A stretch of DNA of 64,000 bases from Bacteroidota bacterium (GTDB lineage: Bacteria; Bacteroidota; Bacteroidia; UKL13-3), in assembly GCA_947477885.1 (NCBI GenBank), contig CANJUD010000004.1, forward strand, positions 164,997 through 228,996. Direction: 5' to 3'. The notes below the pieces were generated by a model that saw only the letters and a program-made list of their open reading frames with translations, searched no databases and was not told the origin of the DNA. The position numbers and the translations under genes were made by a program. This document shows positions 31,677-43,033 of the stretch, in pieces (position 1 is the stretch's first letter; each line of letters starts with the position of its first letter).

Positions 31677-31787
31677 TAGTAATCAGTGGTTAGTAAACAG
31701 TAGTCAGCGTTATCCTGTTTTGCAATCAAAACAGGAAGTAAAGTAGCCGTATGGTACTGACTACTGTTAACTAACCACTGATTACTA
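31677..31787. repeat. Heptamer hairpin (CAGTAGT family) with inner stem
   Basis: 31-nt arms 31677-31707 and 31757-31787, 30 of 31 complementary; inner 10-bp stem 31713-31736; GCCGTATGG cap at 31746. Confidence 0.9.
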
Positions 31788-32783
31788 TTATTCATTTCCA
31801 AAATTTATTTCTGTGCTATCACCAATATTGAGACTTTGCTGTGCACCTTGGAAGGAAGCATCGTTCCCAATTAATGAATGATGAAGTATTGCATTTTCTA
31901 GATGAGAATGTGGGCCTATTATACTATCTTTTAATATCGAATATTTGATAACTGCACTATCGCCAATTGACACATAGGGACCTATAATACTATTGCTGAT
32001 TTGTGCAGTGGGGTCAATATATACAGGATGTATTATAATAGTATTTTCATAAGTTTTTGTTTCAATATTTTTTTGTCTTTTAAGTAAAGTAGAATTGGTT
32101 TCAAGCAGCATGTCTTTTTTGCCGCAATCGAACCAGTTATCAATTTCTTGTGTACGGAACTTCACGCCTGCATCTGCCATACGCATAAGTGCATCAGTGA
32201 GGTGATACTCGTTTTGTGTTTTTATTTTATTGTCGATATTATATTCTAGTGCTTCAATCAATTGGTCTGTTTCGATTATTTTATATAAACCTACCAATGC
32301 CAAATTTGATTTGGGTATATTGGGTTTCTCCACCAATTTAGAAATGAATCCTTGCCCGTCCAACTCAGCCACACCAAATGAGCGTGGGTCACTCACTTTT
32401 TTTACACCCAATAATGAGAATGGACTTTTTATAAAGGTATTTAAGTTAGTATCAAAAATAGTATCGCCTAATACAATCATCAATTCTTTGTCATTATTTA
32501 TATAATCTTTAGCCAACCAAATGGCGTAACCTATTCCTTTACCTGTAGTTTGTATAACAAATTGTGTGTTAATTTTCGGAAAGTTGTGTGTTATATATTC
32601 TTCAATTTTATCTCCCAAATATCCGATAATAAATATAAAATCATCAAAGCCCGCATCGATAAGCGGTTGTATAATATGGGCCAAAATAGGCTTGCCCGCC
32701 ACTGGTATCAGCGACTTGGGTTGTGTGTGCGTATGTGGCCTAAGCCTGCTGCCTATGCCTGCAACTGGGATTATTACCTGCAT
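31788..32783 (-). CDS. Sugar-phosphate nucleotidyltransferase (glucose-1-phosphate thymidylyltransferase long form)
   Basis: IIPVAGIGSRLRPHTHTQPK, VEKP, WFDCG; left-handed beta-helix tail. Confidence 0.9.
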   Translation of the reverse strand: MQVIIPVAGIGSRLRPHTHTQPKSLIPVAGKPILAHIIQPLIDAGFDDFIFIIGYLGDKIEEYITHNFPKINTQFVIQTTGKGIGYAIWLAKDYINNDKELMIVLGDTIFDTNLNTFIKSPFSLLGVKKVSDPRSFGVAELDGQGFISKLVEKPNIPKSNLALVGLYKIIETDQLIEALEYNIDNKIKTQNEYHLTDALMRMADAGVKFRTQEIDNWFDCGKKDMLLETNSTLLKRQKNIETKTYENTIIIHPVYIDPTAQISNSIIGPYVSIGDSAVIKYSILKDSIIGPHSHLENAILHHSLIGNDASFQGAQQSLNIGDSTEINFGNE

Positions 32784-32789
32784 TTTTTT

Positions 32790-32905
32790 TAGTCGTTAGT
32801 CATTTAGTTATTAGGCGCTAGTGCCTCCCGATAGTTATCGGGACGGCGGCGGCTCATTCATCTTTCATCTTTATACTTTATACTTTATACTATATACTTT
32901 ATACT
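32790..32905. repeat. Heptamer arms flanking a TCCCGA-type palindrome
   Basis: TAGTCGT TAGTCAT... ; TCCCGATAGTTATCGGGA at 32826-32843; GCGGCGGC then (TTCATCT)2(TTATACT)n running into the tatC stop. Confidence 0.75.
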
Positions 32906-33771
32906 TGCTCTCTCTCTTTTCCCTTCTCCACTCTCCTACTTACATATATACTAAACTCGAACAACAAATATAATGGTGTTGCCATTAATAATTGACTGGA
33001 CATATCGGGACTCGGGGTTAGAATTGCGGATATAATGAGTATTATAACGACTGCATAGCGTCTGTTTTTTTGCATAAACTTGGAGCCCAGCAAACCTATT
33101 TTGGTGAGAAAATATATTACAATGGGCAATTCGAATATCAACCCACAAGCAAGTACCATCATGGTTACGAAGGAGAGGTATTCATCCAAAGTCCAGTTGT
33201 TTTCTATTTTGCTACTAAGTTCATAATTGGCCAGAAAAGATAAGGACATCGGTGTGAGAATAAAAAAACCAAACACAATACCCATTAGAAATAATAAAGA
33301 TATGAAGAATGTAAAACTACGGGCATTTTTTTGCTCTTTCTCTTTAAGAGCAGGTTTAATAAACAACCAAACCTGACGAACAATATAAGGGAACGCGATA
33401 ATAAGACCACCTATTAAAGCTATGTAAAGACTGTTGCTAAACTGCCCCCCCGGTGAAAGGTTTTGCATATTGAGTTTGAATTCTTTAATGCACAATGAAT
33501 CGTTATTGTATAACATATAGGAAAGACTACAAATTTGCCGATAGGTCCAAAATCCTACATTGATGGGAGCTAAAATAATTTCATCCATTATAATATCGAG
33601 CTCCATAAAACAGAAGATTGCACCAATGATCACAGCTATCACTGCCCGAACAATGTGCTTACGCAGATCGTCGATATGGTCCAGAAAACCCATCTCGTGA
33701 CCTTCTTGATCTGTAGGTCCTTTGTTTACCCTTCTGGTAACACCGCTAACTATGTTTGAAATTATTCCCAT
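32899..33771 (-). CDS. tatC: Twin-arginine translocase subunit TatC
   Basis: MGFLDHIDDLRKHI, FIKPAL, FELP, SAILTPSPD. Confidence 0.95.
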   Translation of the reverse strand: MGIISNIVSGVTRRVNKGPTDQEGHEMGFLDHIDDLRKHIVRAVIAVIIGAIFCFMELDIIMDEIILAPINVGFWTYRQICSLSYMLYNNDSLCIKEFKLNMQNLSPGGQFSNSLYIALIGGLIIAFPYIVRQVWLFIKPALKEKEQKNARSFTFFISLLFLMGIVFGFFILTPMSLSFLANYELSSKIENNWTLDEYLSFVTMMVLACGLIFELPIVIYFLTKIGLLGSKFMQKNRRYAVVIILIISAILTPSPDMSSQLLMATPLYLLFEFSIYVSRRVEKGKEREQV

Positions 33772-33781
33772 TAATTGGCCG

Positions 33782-33789
33782 CAAAATTA
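33782..33789 (-). promoter_or_regulatory. -7 promoter element (TAATTTTG) of tatC
   Basis: TAnnTTTG 10 nt before the ATG. Confidence 0.55.
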
Positions 33790-33893
33790 ACCAATTAACA
33801 CTTGTGATGGGTTTATAATTTATGAAGTAGTTAAAAAATTGCTAACCTTTATGGTGTGCATACCTTAAATAGTCATAACATTTAGGAATACAC

Positions 33894-34260
33894 TTATTTT
33901 GAGTTAGCTAGTATTTTACTTGAGCCTGATTTAATAGTATTATAAGCTACCTTAGAAATTTCTTTAATTACCTCGGGCAGTTGTTTGATGTCTTTATCAT
34001 CAGTCATCACAGTTAGCACATATCCGGTATTATTTACATATATGATACATGATTCATGCAACTGATGCTGATTTCCCATCACACTTTCGCCAAACTTGTG
34101 GGATATAAAACCCAAGCTATCGACTGCTGCAGCCAATCCTTCTTTAAAGAAGCATTCACTCATCATTTGCAAAATCATATCTGAATGTGTCCTACCTATA
34201 AAAGCACCATTGTATTATACCCGCATAAAATTAGAAAACTCTTTAGTACTTATCAAATAA
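33894..34260 (-). pseudogene. 3' remnant of a class A beta-lactamase-related serine hydrolase
   Basis: YLISTKEFSNFMRV*YNGAF...SHKFGE...QLHESCIIY...YVLTVMT; in-frame TAA at 34215-34217; SxxK region absent. Confidence 0.7.
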
Positions 34261-34410
34261 ACATTCTACTTTTGAACCGCACTAAAAATGTGATGGCTAC
34301 AACACTTCAACAAAAAAGTACCCTACTAAACAACCTATTAGAAGTCTGCCAACACTGAATGCTGCCTGTTTAGATATAATAAACAATAAACCGGAAAAAT
34401 AAATTATATA

Positions 34411-37400
34411 TTAATACAGTGTATAAACTACACCTTGCTGGTTATGCTCTCGCACATCCCAACCGCGATATGAAACATACCATATATACATATCATTGCT
34501 ACTCCTTTTGCCTTTAAAAGTGCCATCCCATTGGGTGTGCCGGTCAGTGGTTTCGAAAACCAATTCGCCCCAGCGGTTATATACACGCATATGAAAATCT
34601 TTTACAAATATTGGGAGAAATCCCCACATATCATTTAAGCCATCATCATTGGGGCTAAAGCCATTAGGCACCCACAGAAGGGGCAATTGTTGCAAGCAAA
34701 CTATATTAGATTGGCTTATGGCATCAAACCCGCCACTAGCTTCATGTGCATCAACACGATAGCAGTATTTTCCCCAATCGTAGTGCATGGTGCTATCTGA
34801 ATGTGTAAATTTTGTTTTATTGAAGTATTCTATCTGCTCAAATGTTGGGTTACTATCATTTCTATATAATTCAAAATGATCATTACCTGTTTTTGGCCAA
34901 TCTGAATAATCAGTCCACTGGAGATTGTGCAAATATGGTTTGCTTTGACCTGATAAAACTATATTACAACCTTTATTACTGTAGTTACTTATATGCCCGC
35001 ATTTATCAGTCACCCTTATATTATAGCAATAACTGCTATCTCCTACCAGCACAGCAGAATCTTCGAACCAAGTTTGGTCAGCATTTTTGATTGCTTTAAA
35101 TATCTGCAATGTTGGAGCTTTTGATGGGCTCTGTTTAAATATTAAATAATTATCAAAATCAGGTTTTGTATATTTGGTCCATTCTATTCTCACTTTTGAA
35201 TTATTTACTACAGTAGCTCTAATAAGATAAGGAGCCTGAATAGGGTCTTTAAAAGCTTCGGCCGAACATGCTTTGTAGCTGGTATCGCCATGCTTATCGC
35301 ATATATTCACCCCTTGCATATAATAACAATAATTCACTACTTGGTGGTTCGGACTACTACCATCTATATATTCATTTTTATCGCCCGGATATATTTTAGC
35401 TAATATAGTTTCAACACCAGCGGGGTCGCGTCGGTATAATATATAATATTGCAAATAACGGCTAGTATCTAATCCGTCCCAAGTTACTTTTGAAGTATTG
35501 GCATCAATATTCGACACACAAACTACATTGGGTGGCATTACATCAGGCGGTGGTTTTACAAAAACTTTAAAGATCGCAATCCCCGAATCGGGTTGGGGAC
35601 ATAGATTATTGTCGTGGGCAATTACCGTTATTATAATAGTATCTGTCGTTATATTTTGGCAACCTGTGTACCACTTAAAATGACTCGATGCTTTGTTCAC
35701 ACCGCTATCTGCAGGCATTGTGGCGCTACTTCCGGGAAATAATATGGTGCTATATGGAGTTACAAATACAGAATCGTATTTGTCCTTATCTACAGAAGTA
35801 AAAGTAAAATCTAAAGTATCGGAAGCATATATAGCATAGGTATTGCTATCGGCAGAAGGTCTATAATTTAAGTTTTCGAAATCAATTTTGAATAATGCAT
35901 TATTACAATTCGAACTATTATTGGTTCGAGAAAATGCACCTGGCGTAGTGGGGAAGCCACTAGAGCCACCGCAGCCTGCACATACTGATTGATATACTCT
36001 TCCTTCAAAATCAAATCTACTTGTTCCTCCATCTACATGCTCGGCCAAAGGACTGCCATTTGAATTTTGTACATGCCCGCCAAAAAAAGTTCCATATAAT
36101 ATATCATCTAAATTGCGATTAAAAACTGCCAAATAAAAATCGGAACCGTCTGTTTTTTTATCGTACGCATTGGCAGTGACGGGCATTTTTAAAGTAGAAC
36201 CACCATGGGCCCCCTCATCAGTGCTATTGGTATTTCCACCCCATCCTGATACAAATACACGCTCGCATTTATCAACTAAGAAAGCTGATGGTGAAATATC
36301 TGGTGGTACACGGCCCGAACCAAAAACTGTTGAACGTAAAATCTTAGTTAAATCGGGCGACATTTTGGTAATGAACATCCCACTTCCTGGATTGGTATAT
36401 ATCGGAGGAGTAACTGGATATTGTCCATTCGTTTGTCCATATATATAAGGATTACCGTCCCTATCGGTTTGCACTAAGAACACTTGGTCATATCCTGAAG
36501 TGCCCACAAATGAAGCATTGAGCAATTTCCCATCATTACTTAAATGTATTAAAAAACCATCCTCTACCCCACCAAAATATTTTGATCCTATACCACTGAA
36601 TGCATGCTTCCAATTTTGACTTGTAGTACCCCCACCAACATATATACTTTGATCGGGAGCTATATGTAATCCGTTACATACATCCCAATCATCCCCACCC
36701 ACATAGGTGCCCCATATAATATGTTTCAAGTCGGGTGCAAGCTTAAAAACACATCCGTCTTGTTTGCCGCCTCCATTATTCATTTGATAAGATTTTGTTA
36801 CTGGAAAACCATCGAACTCGCTACTTTGCGTACTGCCTGTTATATATAAAAAATCATTATCATCATTTACTATTTCACCTCTATATATGTCACCGTAATT
36901 CCAAGCAACTTTACTGTCGTTATTTAATATACTTGTTTGTGTAAGTGTTCCGTTCTGTCCATCGCGTTTATTGCCTCCTAAATAAGTACTACTTATCATT
37001 GTTTTACCATCAGCACTTAATCGAAATACTATAATATCACTTTCGCCTGACAGGTTTCTTTGCACAACGGTATCACCAAAAATAGGGAAATTATTACTCC
37101 AAGTTGATGCTAATACACACAGTTCGCCTGCATGATTTACCACCATACTATGCGGTTGCTCGTTATGAGCACCTCCTATATAAGTTGCATAAACAATTCC
37201 TGTTCCATCGGGTTTATATTTAAGGATGCCCATATCTCTTGAATACTCTGCTCCTGCTGTTGAACCTCCTTGAAAACTTGTTTGAAATGCCCCGCTTGTT
37301 GCAGGAAATACACCTGGCAAATAATCATATATTGTAGTACCAGCATAGCCATGACCCAAAGTATCATATGTGCCTGTAAGTCCCCAATTATCAGCCGATG

Positions 37401-38241
37401 AGCCTGAGTAGGTAGAAAAAATAAGTTTGGGATCGATTAATAAAGGACGCTTATTATTGTAGTTTGTATTAAATGTTACTTGATTGTTTTTTAATATATA
37501 TTTCACCCCAACAGTTTCCATTTGTCCATCGTGATACCAGGCTATTGGCTTATCATCGATGTTAGTTGATACAGATGTTTTTAAAATTAATTGGCCTTGG
37601 TTTAGGGATAGTTTATCCAATCCTTCATACAGCATTTTAATATTGGACATATCTGCTCCAACTTTAACAATGAAATTATATTTTAGATATTTCCCTTCTT
37701 GCGATAAAATTTCCAAATCAATATTATTATAAATATTAACAATAGTGATTTTTTTATATACTTTTACACCGCTGGCCCATTTGCTTGGGTCATTACCCTG
37801 TATATAGTTTTCGTAATAATTTTCTGGCTCAGAAGGTATAATATTTGCTGCTGAGTTTGACCCATCAAATTTGAGAATATAATGGTGCCCTTTTAAACTA
37901 TATAAATAAGAAGGATCTTCCGGACTAATAGTTGGTATATTGCTTCTCTTATTGGCTAGTTTATGATTGCCCGCATGTTGCAATACCGATAAATCGAACT
38001 GAATAAAATCGAGTTGAGTTGCTCGTACATATAAATATCCATTGGGTAAACGGCAACGATAAGAGAATTCGCCAGCCCATTGCCCTTTGTTTTCGCTAAA
38101 CAGAGCTTGTCCAAAGCTAATATGTGCTATCAACAGAAAGGTAGTGAGACTGATAAAGTATTTGCGCATCAACTTTATATAAGACGAATAAAAGGTAGAA
38201 TTGGTTGCTTCAAATATGCGTAAAAAAAAACTATTGTCCAA
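34411..38241 (-). CDS. T9SS type B cargo with SBBP-like beta-propeller and FN3-like domains
   Basis: ENKGQW, IDPKLIFSTYSGS.ADNWG, EHVDGGTSRFD; CTD VPNGFSPNDDGLND; real start may be the second Met (MRKYF). Confidence 0.88.
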   Translation of the reverse strand: MDNSFFLRIFEATNSTFYSSYIKLMRKYFISLTTFLLIAHISFGQALFSENKGQWAGEFSYRCRLPNGYLYVRATQLDFIQFDLSVLQHAGNHKLANKRSNIPTISPEDPSYLYSLKGHHYILKFDGSNSAANIIPSEPENYYENYIQGNDPSKWASGVKVYKKITIVNIYNNIDLEILSQEGKYLKYNFIVKVGADMSNIKMLYEGLDKLSLNQGQLILKTSVSTNIDDKPIAWYHDGQMETVGVKYILKNNQVTFNTNYNNKRPLLIDPKLIFSTYSGSSADNWGLTGTYDTLGHGYAGTTIYDYLPGVFPATSGAFQTSFQGGSTAGAEYSRDMGILKYKPDGTGIVYATYIGGAHNEQPHSMVVNHAGELCVLASTWSNNFPIFGDTVVQRNLSGESDIIVFRLSADGKTMISSTYLGGNKRDGQNGTLTQTSILNNDSKVAWNYGDIYRGEIVNDDNDFLYITGSTQSSEFDGFPVTKSYQMNNGGGKQDGCVFKLAPDLKHIIWGTYVGGDDWDVCNGLHIAPDQSIYVGGGTTSQNWKHAFSGIGSKYFGGVEDGFLIHLSNDGKLLNASFVGTSGYDQVFLVQTDRDGNPYIYGQTNGQYPVTPPIYTNPGSGMFITKMSPDLTKILRSTVFGSGRVPPDISPSAFLVDKCERVFVSGWGGNTNSTDEGAHGGSTLKMPVTANAYDKKTDGSDFYLAVFNRNLDDILYGTFFGGHVQNSNGSPLAEHVDGGTSRFDFEGRVYQSVCAGCGGSSGFPTTPGAFSRTNNSSNCNNALFKIDFENLNYRPSADSNTYAIYASDTLDFTFTSVDKDKYDSVFVTPYSTILFPGSSATMPADSGVNKASSHFKWYTGCQNITTDTIIITVIAHDNNLCPQPDSGIAIFKVFVKPPPDVMPPNVVCVSNIDANTSKVTWDGLDTSRYLQYYILYRRDPAGVETILAKIYPGDKNEYIDGSSPNHQVVNYCYYMQGVNICDKHGDTSYKACSAEAFKDPIQAPYLIRATVVNNSKVRIEWTKYTKPDFDNYLIFKQSPSKAPTLQIFKAIKNADQTWFEDSAVLVGDSSYCYNIRVTDKCGHISNYSNKGCNIVLSGQSKPYLHNLQWTDYSDWPKTGNDHFELYRNDSNPTFEQIEYFNKTKFTHSDSTMHYDWGKYCYRVDAHEASGGFDAISQSNIVCLQQLPLLWVPNGFSPNDDGLNDMWGFLPIFVKDFHMRVYNRWGELVFETTDRHTQWDGTFKGKRSSNDMYIWYVSYRGWDVREHNQQGVVYTLY

Positions 38242-38242
38242 A

Positions 38243-38767
38243 TTATTTGCTTTGTCTGAATGTTTCCCATAGTATCATCCCCACTGTCACGGCAACATTG
38301 AAAGAATGTTTGGTTCCAAATTGCGGAATTTCGATACAGCCTTCTGCCATTTGTATAATATCATCGCTAACCCCTGCTACCTCATTGCCAAATACAAAAG
38401 CCAATTTCCCATTTAAGTTAGTTTGATGCAGCATTGTTGATTGTTGCGTTTGTTCGATGCAATATATATGATATCCATTACTCTTTAATTCATTAATAGC
38501 ATCAATGGTTGCATCATAATATTTCCAATTTACGGTATCAGTTGCACCCAATGCAGTTTTGTGTAACTCTTTGTGAGGAGGTGTTCCCGTTATTCCACAT
38601 AAATACAATGCTTCAATTCTAAAGGCATCAGCCGTGCGAAATACGGAGCCCACATTGTGCAGACTGCGAACATTATCTAATATAATAACAATGGGGATTT
38701 TATCCGATTGCTTGAAGTCGCTGGTATCCATGCGTCCTAGGTCGGACATGCTTAGTTTTTGGTTCAT
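38243..38767 (-). CDS. SpoU/TrmH-family RNA methyltransferase
   Basis: LDNVRSLHNVGSVFRTADAF, FGNEVAGV, IPQFGTKHSFNVAV. Confidence 0.92.
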   Translation of the reverse strand: MNQKLSMSDLGRMDTSDFKQSDKIPIVIILDNVRSLHNVGSVFRTADAFRIEALYLCGITGTPPHKELHKTALGATDTVNWKYYDATIDAINELKSNGYHIYCIEQTQQSTMLHQTNLNGKLAFVFGNEVAGVSDDIIQMAEGCIEIPQFGTKHSFNVAVTVGMILWETFRQSK

Positions 38768-38980
38768 GAGAATAAGGAAAATATATTTCTGAAGGTTTAA
38801 ATTTTAAGGGCGAAATTTATAATAAAAACACCAATAAAATTATCGAGAGTTTTACCATAAATTTTGTTGAAAACTTCACTCAAAAATATCTTGCATTTCT
38901 AGCTAATTTGCGACAAAATTTGAAACTATTCATAGCTAAAATAAAACATTAACTAACAAACATTTAAAAAATAAAAAAAC

Positions 38981-41614
38981 ATGGCAGACGAAAGGATTGT
39001 GCCCATCAACATTGAGGACGAAATGAAGACCGCCTATATCGATTATTCGATGTCGGTTATTGTATCACGAGCTTTACCTGATGTACGCGACGGCTTGAAA
39101 CCCGTGCATCGCAGGGTTCTGTATGGTATGACCGAATTGGGATTGGCCAGTAACCGCCCACATAAAAAATCGGCAAGAATTGTGGGTGAAGTATTGGGTA
39201 AATACCATCCGCATGGCGACCAAAGTGTGTATGATGCGATGGTGCGTATGGCACAAGCTTGGAACCTTCGATACATGTTAGTTGATGGACAAGGAAACTA
39301 TGGTAGTATAGATGGAGATCCACCGGCAGCTATGCGTTATACGGAGGCACGCCTTCGTAAAATGGCTGAAGATATGATGGTGGATATAGATAAAAACACT
39401 GTTGATTTTCGCCCCAACTTTGATGATTCATTAACTGAGCCGACTGTTTTACCAGCTAAAATTCCAAATCTACTTATCAATGGCTCTTCTGGAATTGCTG
39501 TGGGAATGGCTACCAATATGGCTCCGCATAATTTAAGCGAGGTGATTGATGGTATCGTGGCTTATATAGATAATAATGATATTACTATTGATGAACTCAT
39601 GCAATTTGTAAAAGCTCCTGATTTTCCAACGGGTGGTTCTATATATGGATATGAAGGAGTTAAAGAAGCTTTCCATACAGGCCGTGGACGTGTAATGATG
39701 CGTGCAAAATCTTCATTTGAAGTGACCGCAACAGGCAAAAACCAAATTATAGTTACAGAGATTCCTTATCAAGTAAATAAAGCTGAACTAATTAAGAAAA
39801 CGGTACATTTAATAGAAGAAAAAGTAATTGATGGGATTTCCGATATTCGTGACGAAAGTGACCGCGATGGTTACCGTGTTGTATTCGATTTGAAACGCGA
39901 TGCAGTCCCCAATATTGTTTTAAACAAATTATATAAATATACCCAATTACAAACTTCTTTTTCGGTTAACAATATTGCATTGGTAAAAGGCCGCCCAGTT
40001 GCTTTGAACCTAAAAGACCAGATGGTACATTTTGTATCACACCGTCATGAAATTATTGTTCGCCGCACCCAGTACGAATTGGAAGAAGCTCGCAAACGTG
40101 CACATATTTTAGAAGGTTTATTAATTGCAATTGATCACTTAGATGATGTAATTAAAATCATTCGTGCTTCGCAAACTCCCGATTTGGCGAGGGTTGAACT
40201 GATGAGCAATTTCGGCTTGAGTGAAATACAAAGTAAAGCAATTCTCGAAATGCGTTTACGCACTCTTACCGGACTTGAGCGTGATAAAATTAAAGAAGAA
40301 TATGCACAGATTATGGAACTTATCAGTCGCTTAGAAGCAATTCTTGCTGATGAAGGTGCCCGTATGCAAATAATAAAAGATGAGCTAGCAGATATGAAAC
40401 AAAAGTATGGTGATGAACGCCGTACCGAAATTATTTATGCTGCTGGCGAGTTCCGCATGGAAGATATGATTGCCGATGATGAAATGGTTATCACTATTAG
40501 TCGTATGGGTTATATCAAACGTACACCAACTGCCGACTACCGCGCACAGAATCGTGGCGGTCGCGGGCAGCGAGGTGTATCGCATAGAGATGAAGATTTT
40601 GTAGAACATTTGTTTATTGCCACTAATCACAACTATCTATTATTCTTTACCGATCATGGTCGCTGTTATTGGTTGAAAGTATATGAAATTCCTGAAGGTG
40701 CAAAAACCACCAAAGGGCGTGCAATACAAAATATGGTGAATATGCCAGCCGACGATAAAATTCGGACGGTAATAAATGTAATGAATTTGCAAGACAAAGA
40801 ATATTTAGAGAATAATAATATTGTATTGTGTACCAAAAAAGGAATCATCAAAAAAACCAATTTAGAATTATATTCTCGTCCTCGTACCAATGGTATCAAT
40901 GCCATTAATATACGCGAAGATGATGAATTATTAGATGCACGTTTAACTGATGGCACCAGCGAAATTATATTGGCAAGTAATAATGGTAAAGCCATTCGTT
41001 TCAACGAAAGTTTGGTAAGACCAATGGGCAGAAATGCTACCGGTGTTAAAGGTATGCGTCTTGCTGAAGGTGATGAAGTGATTGGCATGATAGCTATGAA
41101 ACTTGATACCGGTAAAAACGTGATGGTAGTAACTGAAAAAGGTTATGGCAAACGTTCAGAGATTGATGAATACCGCGTTACAGGCCGCGGTGGAAAAGGT
41201 GTGAAAGCCATGAACGTTACTGAAAAAACCGGAAAACTTGTTGCAATACTCGATGTAGATGATACGCAAGATTTGATGATTATCAATCGTGGAGGACTAA
41301 CTATACGCTTATCTGTTGATACATTAAGAGTTGTTGGTCGTGTTACACAAGGTGTGAAACTTGTTAAAATAAATGATAAAGATTCTATCGCCAGTGTTGC
41401 TTTGGTTAATAAAGAAGAAGAAGAAGAATTGTTGGAAGGAGTAGAAGGAGAAGAAATTGATGGCACAGAAATTGGCATTGCCGACCCAACAGCATTGGTT
41501 GAACTAGATGGTGAGGAGTTGGATTTAACCGAAGAAGAGGGCGAAGATGAAGCAGAAGATGAATCGGACGACACGCCAGAAACTGAAGACCCAAGCAACC
41601 AAATTGATGAATAG
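38981..41614 (+). CDS. gyrA: DNA gyrase subunit A
   Basis: [29 protein letters not shown], GyrA-box QNRGGRG, acidic tail. Confidence 0.98.
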   Translation: MADERIVPINIEDEMKTAYIDYSMSVIVSRALPDVRDGLKPVHRRVLYGMTELGLASNRPHKKSARIVGEVLGKYHPHGDQSVYDAMVRMAQAWNLRYMLVDGQGNYGSIDGDPPAAMRYTEARLRKMAEDMMVDIDKNTVDFRPNFDDSLTEPTVLPAKIPNLLINGSSGIAVGMATNMAPHNLSEVIDGIVAYIDNNDITIDELMQFVKAPDFPTGGSIYGYEGVKEAFHTGRGRVMMRAKSSFEVTATGKNQIIVTEIPYQVNKAELIKKTVHLIEEKVIDGISDIRDESDRDGYRVVFDLKRDAVPNIVLNKLYKYTQLQTSFSVNNIALVKGRPVALNLKDQMVHFVSHRHEIIVRRTQYELEEARKRAHILEGLLIAIDHLDDVIKIIRASQTPDLARVELMSNFGLSEIQSKAILEMRLRTLTGLERDKIKEEYAQIMELISRLEAILADEGARMQIIKDELADMKQKYGDERRTEIIYAAGEFRMEDMIADDEMVITISRMGYIKRTPTADYRAQNRGGRGQRGVSHRDEDFVEHLFIATNHNYLLFFTDHGRCYWLKVYEIPEGAKTTKGRAIQNMVNMPADDKIRTVINVMNLQDKEYLENNNIVLCTKKGIIKKTNLELYSRPRTNGINAINIREDDELLDARLTDGTSEIILASNNGKAIRFNESLVRPMGRNATGVKGMRLAEGDEVIGMIAMKLDTGKNVMVVTEKGYGKRSEIDEYRVTGRGGKGVKAMNVTEKTGKLVAILDVDDTQDLMIINRGGLTIRLSVDTLRVVGRVTQGVKLVKINDKDSIASVALVNKEEEEELLEGVEGEEIDGTEIGIADPTALVELDGEELDLTEEEGEDEAEDESDDTPETEDPSNQIDE

Positions 41615-41644
41615 GCGTTATTAAATAAAAACCATCATATACAA

Positions 41645-42925
41645 ATGAAACGTATTATTTTTACATTGGCCCTTGCCGCCACGTTTGTTACCGCTGCATA
41701 CTCGCAAAAGGTAAACCTAGAATCAGCTATTACTTACTTCCGCAATGGAGATGACTTAAGCTTAAAAGATGCTAAAAGATTTATTGACCTTGCAGCTACC
41801 AATGAAGAAACAAGTATGAAAGCCAAAACTTGGTATTATCGTGGATGGATATATAATAAAATTGCTGGCGATGATAAGTTGACGAAAAGCATGGATACCA
41901 ATGCGGCAGAAAAAGCGTTGGAATCGCTATTGAAATCCCTGGAATTAGACAAAAAATTGGAATATAACAATGATGAATTGGGCGATGCGGAGGGTAACTC
42001 TACCAGCTCTCTTAACTTTTTATATGTTGCTGCTTTCAAAGCCTATAATGTTGCTTTTGTAAAACTAGATAAAGGTGATTATGCCAATACCCTAAAAATA
42101 TATGAGAATTTATTACAGGTATATAAATATGATAACAAAGGTGTAATGATGACCAATAATCTGAGTCGCAAGCAACTTTGGGAACTTACCGCGTATGCAA
42201 ATACAAAAGCTGGCAACACCACACGCAGCAAGGAACTCTACAATATATTAATTGATAGTAATTACACAAAAAAATCAGTATATACTTCATTGTATAATTT
42301 ATATATAAATGATAAGGATACCACAAAAGCAATAGGCGTTCTCGAAAAAGCTGAACGTGTATTTACCGAAGATCCTATATTTAGTGAGATTGAGATTCAG
42401 TTATATTTGGCTAGTGGAAACAGTAATATATTTATTGAAAAAGTATCACAGAAAATTGAAAAGAATCCTGATGTGGGCAAATACTATTATTATAGAGGTC
42501 TAACTTATGAGGATCTTAGGAATGAAGTGTCCAGTAAAAAAAGCACCCCTGCCAGCACTATTGACAGCTTAAACAAACTGATAGAACCCGACTATAAAAA
42601 GGCTGTTGAATTAAACGATAATGATACTTTCTCTCACTATAATTTAGGTGCTTTTTATTATAACCTTTGTGTTCCTATTATCAATAAAATGGGCAAACCC
42701 GATGATAAAAAACCAGACTATAAAATAAGACTTGCAAAACTAGAAGCTGAGAAAAAAGAATTATTAGATAAAGCCCGTCCGCATTTAGAAAAAGCTTACG
42801 AACTTAAAGATGATGACCGCCCAATAGTGCTAGCTTTACAACATTTATACGAACAATTAAAAATGACTGACAAATCCAAAGAGTTTGAAGCTAAAGCAAA
42901 AGCTTTGGAACCCAAAAAACAATAA
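41645..42925 (+). CDS. Exported tetratricopeptide-repeat protein
   Basis: Signal peptide; AKTWYYRG, YNLGAFYYN, ARPHLEKA helices. Confidence 0.85.
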   Translation: MKRIIFTLALAATFVTAAYSQKVNLESAITYFRNGDDLSLKDAKRFIDLAATNEETSMKAKTWYYRGWIYNKIAGDDKLTKSMDTNAAEKALESLLKSLELDKKLEYNNDELGDAEGNSTSSLNFLYVAAFKAYNVAFVKLDKGDYANTLKIYENLLQVYKYDNKGVMMTNNLSRKQLWELTAYANTKAGNTTRSKELYNILIDSNYTKKSVYTSLYNLYINDKDTTKAIGVLEKAERVFTEDPIFSEIEIQLYLASGNSNIFIEKVSQKIEKNPDVGKYYYYRGLTYEDLRNEVSSKKSTPASTIDSLNKLIEPDYKKAVELNDNDTFSHYNLGAFYYNLCVPIINKMGKPDDKKPDYKIRLAKLEAEKKELLDKARPHLEKAYELKDDDRPIVLALQHLYEQLKMTDKSKEFEAKAKALEPKKQ

Positions 42926-42950
42926 AACAACTCCCTAATTTATTATATTT

Positions 42951-42978
42951 AAGAGCACTCCAATTGGGGTGCTTTTTT
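42951..42978 (+). terminator. Intrinsic terminator of gyrA-TPR operon
   Basis: AGCACTCCA-AT-TGGGGTGCT followed by a T run. Confidence 0.8.
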
Positions 42979-43033
42979 AATATTTATTTTTTGCTTGCTG
43001 TTCCATTATTAGTTAACTTTGTGCCTTACAAGA

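Noticed and set aside
41410..41614. Low-complexity acidic GyrA tail
   Set aside because: Common feature of GyrA.
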